The notes under the pieces were generated by a model, which was not told the origin of the DNA, did not search any database, and saw nothing but the letters and a program-made list of their open reading frames with translations. From an uncultured archaeon (GTDB lineage Archaea > Asgardarchaeota > Lokiarchaeia > Sigyniarchaeales > SOKP01): 16,269 nucleotides of DNA. The stretch is taken from positions 1 through 16,269 of the forward strand of contig CAZBPC010000075.1 of the NCBI GenBank assembly GCA_964493715.1, in the 5' to 3' direction. Positions 9,131-16,269 of this stretch are shown here, in pieces (the first letter of the stretch is position 1; every line of letters begins with the position of its first letter). The position numbers and the translations under genes were made by a program.

Positions 9131-9979
9131 ATGCTTCTTGAAGACCTGCATACTCATAGCTCATTTTGTAGACATGCTACTGGAAATCTTGAACAGTACG
9201 TTAAAGCAGCAATTAATAAAAAATTAAGTGTAATTGGATTAAGCGCCCACTTTCCATATGAAATTTTAGAGGGAATAGAGAACATTCCATATCAGGAGTA
9301 TTCCATGCCTACGGACGAGCTTGATTCATATGTTTTTAATGCAATAAGTCTGAGAGAAAAATATAAAAATCACATTGAGGTAAAAATTGCTTTTGAATTA
9401 GATTTTGTAGAAAAACAGGTTGAGAAGCACCATGAATATCTTAAGAGATATTCAGATCAAATAGATTACATTATCGGTTCCATTCATAATTTAAATACTT
9501 CATTTGGTCTTTTTGCATTCGACGATTTTCGCTTTTTGAAAGATTATCATAAATTCGAAGATACAGATGAAATTTTCATGAATTATTTTAAAACAATGCA
9601 AGCAATGATAAACTCTGAAAAGTTTAATTTCACCACAATTGGGCATTTTGATCTTCCTAAAAAATTCAATATCATTCCAAACAATAAAGAATTGATAATG
9701 GAACAAGGAATTAAAGCGTTAGAAATGGCTAAAAATCGTGATATTGTAATTGAAATAAATACAAGTGGACTTAGAAGACCAGTAAAAGAACAATATCCAA
9801 GCGAGGAATATATAAAAAAGATGTATGATTTAGGTATCGATGTTGTACTAGGGTCAGATGCTCATCACCCTGATGAAATAGCGTATGAATTCAAATCCTC
9901 AATAAAACTATTAAAGAAAATAGGGTATGAGAGATTAGTCCATTTTGATAAAATGGCAAAAACATTTATTAAAATATAA
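9131..9979 (+). CDS. hisJ: Histidinol-phosphatase, HisJ/HisK (PHP) family
   Basis: Motifs DLHTHS..CRHA, E.D, DYIIGSIH, GHFDLPKKF, EINTSGLR…YPS and GSDAHHP. TTATAA lies about 27 nt upstream of the ATG. Confidence 0.88.
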   Translation: MLLEDLHTHSSFCRHATGNLEQYVKAAINKKLSVIGLSAHFPYEILEGIENIPYQEYSMPTDELDSYVFNAISLREKYKNHIEVKIAFELDFVEKQVEKHHEYLKRYSDQIDYIIGSIHNLNTSFGLFAFDDFRFLKDYHKFEDTDEIFMNYFKTMQAMINSEKFNFTTIGHFDLPKKFNIIPNNKELIMEQGIKALEMAKNRDIVIEINTSGLRRPVKEQYPSEEYIKKMYDLGIDVVLGSDAHHPDEIAYEFKSSIKLLKKIGYERLVHFDKMAKTFIKI

Positions 9980-9999
9980 TTCATTTAGAGTTTACAATC

Positions 10000-10719
10000 A
10001 TGAATGATAAAAAAGATATCTGTGAAATATGTGGTAAAGATTTAGTATATGCTTTAACTCCTAAAGAATATAAAGACCTTACTTGTGAATTTTGTGGAAA
10101 AATCTTCAATACTAATACATTTTGTGAAGATTCTCATTATATTTGTGATAATTGTCATCAAAGCGGAGCCATAGAAATAATTGAAAAAATAACTGAAACA
10201 ACAGAAATCAAAGATCCATTTATTCTAGCAGAAAAAATCATGCATCACCCTAAATTTAAGATGTATGGTCCAGAACATCATGTGTTAACACCTGCTGTAA
10301 TTCTTACAGCAATGAAAAATAATAATATTAAAAAGCCAAATGGCGAATTAATTACCCTTTTTGATATTAAAGAAGCCATAAGGCGTGCTTCTAAGATTCC
10401 AGGGGGGTGGTGCGGATTTTATGGGTCCTGTGGAGCAGGAATGGGGTCTGGAATAACAATAAGTATTTTTACTGGTGCTACACCAGCAAAAAACAGAGAG
10501 AGAACTTTAGCAAATCAAATGACATCGATTTCTTTATCAAAAATAGGCGATAATTTAGAACATTGTTGTAAAAGATCGGTTAAAATCTCGATATGTGAAA
10601 CCCTACGTTTCTTGGAAGAAAAATTTGATATAAAAATGAATTATCAACCAAAATCATGCTCTTTTTCAAAAGCTAATGAAAAGTGTGAAAAAGAGAATTG
10701 TTTATTCAATTCAATCTAA
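10000..10719 (+). CDS. DUF5714-like Cys-rich protein with N-terminal metal-binding (CxxC) region
   Basis: N-terminal CEICG…CEFCG…C…HYICDNCH, core GPEHH, PGGWCGFYGSCGA and CCKR, and a C-terminal Cys cluster. Family recognised from motif memory. Starts 20 bp after hisJ. Confidence 0.75.
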   Translation: MNDKKDICEICGKDLVYALTPKEYKDLTCEFCGKIFNTNTFCEDSHYICDNCHQSGAIEIIEKITETTEIKDPFILAEKIMHHPKFKMYGPEHHVLTPAVILTAMKNNNIKKPNGELITLFDIKEAIRRASKIPGGWCGFYGSCGAGMGSGITISIFTGATPAKNRERTLANQMTSISLSKIGDNLEHCCKRSVKISICETLRFLEEKFDIKMNYQPKSCSFSKANEKCEKENCLFNSI

Positions 10720-11604
10720 TTTTCTTGAACGAAGCCATGCTTCCATAATTAGGGATTTTAATAATTTAATATGCTTGGAATCTTTTGTTTGAAGAATTAA
10801 ATGATTGTTTTCTTCATTTCCAACGACGGCAATGAGAATTTCCTCACTGTCACAATCAATTACGTATCTATCATCAGCTTCAAACAATCGGATTGTTATA
10901 TTATCTAAACTTTCTAATTCCTCCAGTATTTCGGCATCTTCTTCTAAAGTGATATCAATTGAAGTAGATACTTTAATAATTACAGAAGATCTTACCTCGT
11001 AAAGGGTTAACTCTTGTAAATCTTTAATATTTGGGACGACAATTGTAACATTATGCAGAGCTTTCATTAATATTTCTTTCATTTTTTCGAGGATCATTTT
11101 CTTAGGGATTTCTAAAAAAGTTGAATCAATAATTTTGGACCCAGATGATGATCCAATTTGATTTCGTAATTTCTCATTTTCAGTTTCTAAAATTTCTAAG
11201 TCTTCATCTGCTTTTTCCAATTCACCTTTTAGGATGTCTAATTTCCCTTGTAAATCTTCAATATTCTTATTTTTCTCAACCAAGTCTTCTTTATCTACTG
11301 TGCTTTCTTTAAGATCATTAATTTCTTCCTCTTTTAGCATCAATGTTCTTTCTAATGTTTTTACTTTTTCATCTTTTATCTTCAATGAACTATCTAGTGT
11401 TTTTATCTGTTCGGATTTTAAATTAATCGAATCTCTTAAGGTTTTTATTTGATCTTCCTTTAATTCCATTGAATTTTGCAGGTTTTCAATAAGTTCATCT
11501 GTTGTTTTCATCTTTACATCAAAAATCTTGACTCTTTCCCTCACTTGTTCCATTGATTTTAATTCTTTTTGCAATTGTGCAATAATTTGATCTTTATCTT
11601 CCAT
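10711..11604 (-). CDS. Coiled-coil protein with a C-terminal degenerate PLD-like/TrmB-like alpha-beta domain
   Basis: Residues about 1-150 are E/K/L heptads including four 14-aa repeats, then a GSSSGS linker. The C-terminal domain ('KALHNVTIVVP…IRL…YVIDCDSEEILIA…LIMEAW') has no HKD motif. Confidence 0.65.
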   Translation of the reverse strand: MEDKDQIIAQLQKELKSMEQVRERVKIFDVKMKTTDELIENLQNSMELKEDQIKTLRDSINLKSEQIKTLDSSLKIKDEKVKTLERTLMLKEEEINDLKESTVDKEDLVEKNKNIEDLQGKLDILKGELEKADEDLEILETENEKLRNQIGSSSGSKIIDSTFLEIPKKMILEKMKEILMKALHNVTIVVPNIKDLQELTLYEVRSSVIIKVSTSIDITLEEDAEILEELESLDNITIRLFEADDRYVIDCDSEEILIAVVGNEENNHLILQTKDSKHIKLLKSLIMEAWLRSRKLD

Positions 11605-11774
11605 TTGAAATTCGTTCTCTTCGGTCTTAAAAAATTTGCTCTAAATTATATGTATATATATAAGATTTCCTTTTTAATTCTATTTTATTAAGGTAATTTT
11701 TTCTATGTACTCAATAAACTTAATTTAGTTTAATCTACCATAGTTTTAAATTTTATTATTGCTATTATAACTTC

Positions 11775-12509
11775 ATGAAGAATAAATCAAATGTAGATGA
11801 TTTAGAATCAGATCTAAATGATCTTATTGAAAAACAATTGAATGCAAACACTGGAATATTGGGAATAAGTGTTTCAACTCATGGGGGTACATATCTTGCC
11901 AGTAAATTTAAGAAGGAACCATCGATGTCAAAAACAGAAATATCTGCAGCGAGTAGTAGCTTAGTATTCTTATCTTCAAAAATATTGCAAGATTCTTTGA
12001 ATCAAAAAATTTCCTATAATATGATTACAGGACGAAAACGAATTATTTTATCAATTTTAACAGAAAACATAGCTTTAATATCCTTTTTAAATAGACAATT
12101 AGCTGAACTTGAAGGTTTAGATAAGTTCATTAAAATATTAAAACAATTTGCCATTCATATATCAGCAATTATAGATACTTCAGATTTAATTAAAGAAGAA
12201 GTCTTTGTTGCCATAAAAAGAGCGATTCCGAACGCTTTAGTAATCGCTATTATCACAAAAGATGGCTTACCAATTAAAATGCAAACTACAATGCCTGAAC
12301 CAATACTTTCGGCTATGACGTCGGCAATCTACAATTTGGCAGGTATATTATTGGAGGAGGGTTTGGAATATTCAATAATAGGAGGAGAATATGGATCGAT
12401 TATTATTCATGAATTAGATCAAAATAGAATTCTTGCTATAGCAGTACCAGAAGCTGATGAACGTAAATTAGGCTCTTATATCGCAAAAATAAAATCAATT
12501 ATTGAATAG
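11775..12509 (+). CDS. Tandem (double) Roadblock/LC7 (LAMTOR2/MglB-like) domain protein
   Basis: Two similar halves: 'GILGISVSTHGGTYLAS…EISAASSSL' and 'NALVIAIITKDGLPIK…ILSAMTSAI…IIGGEYGSIIIHEL…ILAIA…KLG', matching the Roadblock pattern. Confidence 0.8.
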   Translation: MKNKSNVDDLESDLNDLIEKQLNANTGILGISVSTHGGTYLASKFKKEPSMSKTEISAASSSLVFLSSKILQDSLNQKISYNMITGRKRIILSILTENIALISFLNRQLAELEGLDKFIKILKQFAIHISAIIDTSDLIKEEVFVAIKRAIPNALVIAIITKDGLPIKMQTTMPEPILSAMTSAIYNLAGILLEEGLEYSIIGGEYGSIIIHELDQNRILAIAVPEADERKLGSYIAKIKSIIE

Positions 12510-12516
12510 ATTCAAC

Positions 12517-13767
12517 TTACTCTGAAATTATATCATAAATTTTATCAACAATCTTTAAAGCTCCAAAATATGAAGCTGAAAAATCGCGAGCTCCAAATAA
12601 TATTGTACACACGGGATCAAACTTTTGAACAGGATTTTCTGGATCCGATTTATCATGAATATATTCAAGTTTGTTAATTTTGACTAATTCGGATTCACTT
12701 AATTCCGTTGGAGCAAAGACTATCAATTTAGTTGCAAATTGAATAAAGTTACCACTAGACAAAACGTTTTCTATTTCATTCCAATTCTCCGAATTAAAGC
12801 TTTTAACATGCAAATCCAAAAGATTGATGTTAAATGCGAGCTCTGAAGCTCTAATTGATCCAGGTATTCGAGGATTTATTTCCATCAAATACGGATATTG
12901 ATTCCTCACAACAAAATCAAAACCATTTATCCCTTGAAGCTTTAACCCTTTTGCTAACAGTAGAGAAATATTCGCAATAAGATCCTTAATCCTGCTCCCA
13001 ATTTGGGCGGGAACGACATTACCACAATACATAAAATCTCTAGGTGCATTCAGGTACTTTTCTCCGATTATTTGACGATTAATAGATATGACTTTACAAT
13101 GAATTCCATCAGAAATTATTGTACAACTCACAGGAATTCCTTCAATGTATTCTTGTATTACCCAATCTGATACATTTTCTATCTTAGATTCAAGCAGTTT
13201 AAGAGTAAATTCTAAAGTATCTCTATTGTCTATTTTAAAGATATTTATTCCTCCTGAACTTCTAAATTTTTTTATAATAAAAGGAAAACCCTTATAATTC
13301 TTGATGTCTTCTATGCTTTTTGGAAAATTCGTCTCTGGCACTTTATATCCATTTTTAACCAAAATTTCAAAAATTCCCTTTATATTCCTAGCCTTCATTA
13401 CCACTTCTAAATCATTGTTCACGCTAAGAATGTATTTATTTTTTTTACGGATCTCCTCCAGCAGGAATTTTCTATCATCGAAAGCATCATCCAAACCACT
13501 TCCAATAATCAAATACTCTATTTTAGGGTATTTATTTGAAATTTTAATCGCAAATTCAACAAGATATTGATGATATTTTTCTTTAATTGAGTCATAATTC
13601 GTGTTTAATTCTTCCGTGATTATAATTGCATCTTTAACATAAGGGAAAAGATCCAAGTCTCCGAAGAAATCTACAGCATAGACGTCATAATTTGCTTTGA
13701 AAAGAGAGAAAGCTAATGGCCGGATATTAAACCCAATAACCAAAACAGATTTTGATTTGTGAGACAT
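12517..13767 (-). CDS. ATP-grasp carboligase (COG2232/ATP-grasp_3-like)
   Basis: N-terminal 'VLVIGFNIRPLA…AVDFFGDLDL' and ATP-grasp motifs 'PFIIK…SSGG', 'IQEYIEGIPVS', 'GINGFDF' and 'LMEINPR'. Confidence 0.85.
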   Translation of the reverse strand: MSHKSKSVLVIGFNIRPLAFSLFKANYDVYAVDFFGDLDLFPYVKDAIIITEELNTNYDSIKEKYHQYLVEFAIKISNKYPKIEYLIIGSGLDDAFDDRKFLLEEIRKKNKYILSVNNDLEVVMKARNIKGIFEILVKNGYKVPETNFPKSIEDIKNYKGFPFIIKKFRSSGGINIFKIDNRDTLEFTLKLLESKIENVSDWVIQEYIEGIPVSCTIISDGIHCKVISINRQIIGEKYLNAPRDFMYCGNVVPAQIGSRIKDLIANISLLLAKGLKLQGINGFDFVVRNQYPYLMEINPRIPGSIRASELAFNINLLDLHVKSFNSENWNEIENVLSSGNFIQFATKLIVFAPTELSESELVKINKLEYIHDKSDPENPVQKFDPVCTILFGARDFSASYFGALKIVDKIYDIISE

Positions 13768-13842
13768 AAATTATACAAAAAAGCAAAGATATATAGAAAT
13801 TGCTATCACAATTCGATTTTAAATTCTTCTAGATGAAGAGAA

Positions 13843-14733
13843 TTAGAGAATCTTCTTTAATTCTAAGATCAAATGTTCTGGATCATACTTGTCAAATTGA
13901 AAGATTTCTGCTTTACCATATTTCTTAAAATTTTTCTTTATTTTTTCTGCTGCAAAAGTATTTACTCCCAAAGCTCTAGTTGCATAACTTTTTTTAGGTT
14001 CTAATACCACCAGATGAACACCCTTTTTTGACAAGATCTTCGTCTGTTCTTTTAATTCATTTATTATAATTGAGTAATCCTCTTGTACTTGGGCTATTAG
14101 ATCAGGGTATTTAGCGGATATATTCGCCCCGCAATCAGAACATATGAAAATTACTGGCACCATGGTACGATTCTTCAACTTTTCCGCATCGATTAATTTT
14201 AAACACTTTGTTATAGCAGCCGCCATAGGAGTGTATGACTTTCCTTCTATTTTCTTCATTTTTTGAACCGCTGTTTTGAAGTAGACCGTCGGATTTTGTA
14301 AAACTATCGCTTCTTTTCCCCTAAAAATTATCAAACTGATCTTATCTTTCTTTCGGTAGCCTTCTTTGTGAAGTGACATGATGATATCTGTCATTTGCTT
14401 TATTACGTAATACATACTTGCCGAACTATCCAGAACAAAAAATAACACCAGCGGTGCGCGATATTCATAAATTTTATCCATTAAATCATACTTATTGAAT
14501 TTTATTGGATATTTTATCTCTGAATCATTGTAGAGGGTATTTTTCAAATAACTTCTAATAGTTGCATCTAACGCAATGCTTTTAGGTCGGTGTCTAGGAG
14601 TTCTATAAGAGACATAGCGTCCTTTTTGTGTCGAAGCAATTTTGATTCTCCTCCCTATCCCCCTTCCACCATAATCCGATACTTTCCTGTCTTTTCGAAT
14701 GTTATCGAGAATTGCGGTCATCTTTTTCTCCAT
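13843..14733 (-). CDS. chlD: VWA (integrin-I) domain of a ChlD-type chelatase medium subunit; probably the 3' part of a longer gene starting at 16080
   Basis: 'GRYVSYR…IALDATIR' pre-VWA segment, MIDAS 'FVLDSSASM', 'YRKKDKISLIIFRG', 'TPMA' and 'SDCGAN'. In frame with the upstream AAA ORF. Confidence 0.8.
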   Translation of the reverse strand: MEKKMTAILDNIRKDRKVSDYGGRGIGRRIKIASTQKGRYVSYRTPRHRPKSIALDATIRSYLKNTLYNDSEIKYPIKFNKYDLMDKIYEYRAPLVLFFVLDSSASMYYVIKQMTDIIMSLHKEGYRKKDKISLIIFRGKEAIVLQNPTVYFKTAVQKMKKIEGKSYTPMAAAITKCLKLIDAEKLKNRTMVPVIFICSDCGANISAKYPDLIAQVQEDYSIIINELKEQTKILSKKGVHLVVLEPKKSYATRALGVNTFAAEKIKKNFKKYGKAEIFQFDKYDPEHLILELKKIL

Positions 14734-15033
14734 TGTATAAATGAGGGGAATCGACTTAGACCCGTTTTCAAAAAATTCTAGATCGACGATTTCATAAGGG
14801 ATATCTTTTACTTTCCAACCCCCTGCTGGTTGAGGGCTCCGTTTTTTATTGTCAGGATATTTAGGAGGAGGAAGCTTTTGCTCTTTAGTTTCAGGAACCT
14901 TTACCTTTCTAGGGTCAATGGATTGTCGCTTGAACTCATTTTGAGGCGTATCATCATGTTTTAAAGGCCCTTCAGTATCTTTACTGGGTTGATAAGCTCT
15001 AGGATCCTCATAAGCTTTTTCAATTTGTCCGGC
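14734..15033 (-). other. Unannotated 100-codon in-frame Pro/charged linker between the AAA and VWA ORFs
   Basis: Translates without stop as AGQIEKAYEDPRAYQPSKDTEGPLKHDDTPQNEFKRQSIDPRKVKVPETKEQKLPPPKYPDNKKRSPQPAGGWKVKDIPYEIVDLEFFENGSKSIPLIYT and runs into MEKKM. It has no in-frame ATG/GTG/TTG. Confidence 0.88.
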
Positions 15034-16080
15034 TTAAAGAGGAATTCTCTGTAATTTTCCGTAAACCTCAGTAATTTTAGCCTTAACTTCTTCGGGTGTC
15101 ATTTCATAATGTAGAGATTGAATCCTATGCTCGAAAACAAGATCGAGGGCGATATTTAAATCTTCTTCAGCAATTTCTTTTCTTCCTTCCAAAGCTGCAT
15201 GAGCACGTGCACATCGAATGAAAGTTATGTCTGCTCGTTGAGAAAAAATACCCAATTCACTTACAATCTCCGATACAAATTCAAAAACAGATATAGGAAC
15301 TACGACATCTTTAAGAATTTGTCTCGCTTTTATAATCTTGGTCTTTAGTAATTCTTGTTCATGTTCGAAAGGTTTGATAAATTCTTTGGGATTATCATCA
15401 AACTCGATTACACTCCGAGTTATGTCTGCTCGTAGCTTACGATCTCGAGGTGCTTTAATTTTAACCTCCAATCCAAGACGATCCGCTATTTGCGGCCTGA
15501 GTTCTCCTTCCTCGGGGTTCATACTACCGACCAATACAAATCGAGAGGGATGAGCCACTGAAATTCCTTCACGTTCAATGATGTTCACTCCAGATGCGGC
15601 AGAGTCTAATAAGACATCAACTATATGATCTTGGAGTAAATTAATCTCATCTACATATAATATGCCCCGATTTGCTTTAGCAAGTAACCCTGGATGAAGG
15701 CTTCGGATTCCTTCAGTGAGGACTTTATCAATAGAGAGCGCACCGCAAACCATGTCTTCTGTTACCCCTAAGGGCAACTCTGTAATTCGCATTTTCCTCT
15801 TTTCAAGCTCAATTGTGCCATTTTTTCTCTTTTCGCGACACTCATCACATAAATCTTCGGATTCTAAATTCGGATCGCAAGAAAATACGCATCCTTTAAC
15901 CACTTCAATTTCAGGCATGACCTCAACCAAGCTTCTCACAGCAGTCGATTTTCCAGTTCCTTGTTGCCCAGTTAGCAAGACTCCACTAATTTGAGGGTCA
16001 ATTACATTCAAAATGAGCCCCATTTTCATTCTATCTTGACCGAGTATTGCCGTAAATGGGAAATTAATCCTTTTTACCAT
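15034..16080 (-). CDS. chlI: AAA+ ATPase of ChlI/ChlD chelatase type (ChlI-sized product, or 5' part of chlD)
   Basis: FPFTAILGQ, Walker A GQQGTGKST, Cys insert CVFSCDP…CDEC, LPLGVTED, PGLLAKANRGILYVDE (Walker B), GSMNPEEGELRPQIADR and sensor-2-like SQRA. Confidence 0.85.
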   Translation of the reverse strand: MVKRINFPFTAILGQDRMKMGLILNVIDPQISGVLLTGQQGTGKSTAVRSLVEVMPEIEVVKGCVFSCDPNLESEDLCDECREKRKNGTIELEKRKMRITELPLGVTEDMVCGALSIDKVLTEGIRSLHPGLLAKANRGILYVDEINLLQDHIVDVLLDSAASGVNIIEREGISVAHPSRFVLVGSMNPEEGELRPQIADRLGLEVKIKAPRDRKLRADITRSVIEFDDNPKEFIKPFEHEQELLKTKIIKARQILKDVVVPISVFEFVSEIVSELGIFSQRADITFIRCARAHAALEGRKEIAEEDLNIALDLVFEHRIQSLHYEMTPEEVKAKITEVYGKLQRIPL

Positions 16081-16269
16081 GACAAATTGGGAAAAACTAC
16101 ATTTGTATTAAAAATTTCCCCTTATAACACATTATTAGAAATAGGAATCAAAAATCAACGAGTTGAATAGTATTTCTTAAAATAATTTATCAATTCTAAT
16201 GCTTCAAGACCTTTTTTTTGTCAAAATCGTTATAAGAATTAGGTCAAGCTCATATTTATACTTAATTTA

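Noticed and set aside
10144-10158. CDNCH as a c-type heme-binding motif
   Set aside because: The protein has no signal peptide or TM anchor, and the motif is part of a CxxC-rich Zn/Fe-binding region.
15034-15036. Selenocysteine or pyrrolysine decoding of the internal chlD stop
   Set aside because: The codon is TAA, not TGA or TAG. TAA terminates most other genes here, so global reassignment is also excluded.
1212-15994. Short opposite-strand ORFs in the track (1212-1466, 3105-3305, 6607-6825, 8370-8660, 9500-9706, 10805-11002, 11234-11452, 13301-13570, 14590-14781, 15338-15553, 15716-15994)
   Set aside because: All lie antisense to well-supported coding sequence, mostly have Ser/Phe/Ile-rich shadow composition, and show no motifs.
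13843-16080. Chlorophyll biosynthesis or phototrophy inferred from chlI/chlD homology
   Set aside because: ChlI/ChlD-type genes are common in non-phototrophs (with CobN or as AAA+/VWA chaperones). No chlH, cobN or bch genes are in the window, so the substrate is unknown.
1-16269. CRISPR arrays, tRNA/rRNA genes, intact transposases or integrases
   Set aside because: No regularly spaced DNA repeats, no GC-rich structural-RNA island and no DDE or tyrosine-recombinase motifs were seen by eye.

Overview
AT-rich, gene-dense window with archaeal-type TATA boxes close to start codons. The gene content (tandem Roadblock protein, SIR2-TPR giant, stand-alone 7TM protein, coiled-coil/PLD-like protein) suggests an Asgard archaeon, probably Lokiarchaeia; this is inference, not a database result. 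In order: partial CDS end, SRPBCC protein, tandem GNAT, 7TM protein, MBL-fold hydrolase, membrane protein, 1358-aa SIR2 protein with 25 TPRs, HisJ-family histidinol phosphatase, DUF5714-type Cys-rich protein, coiled-coil protein, double Roadblock protein, ATP-grasp ligase and a ChlI/ChlD-type chelatase locus. Main observation: the AAA+ ORF (16080-15034) and the VWA ORF (14733-13843) are one reading frame. They are joined by a 100-codon open Pro-rich linker and broken by a single TAA at the ChlI-sized boundary. The stop lies in a hairpin and next to candidate recoding or splicing signals, so one gene may make both subunits. A nonsense mutation or compensating sequencing errors are not excluded.
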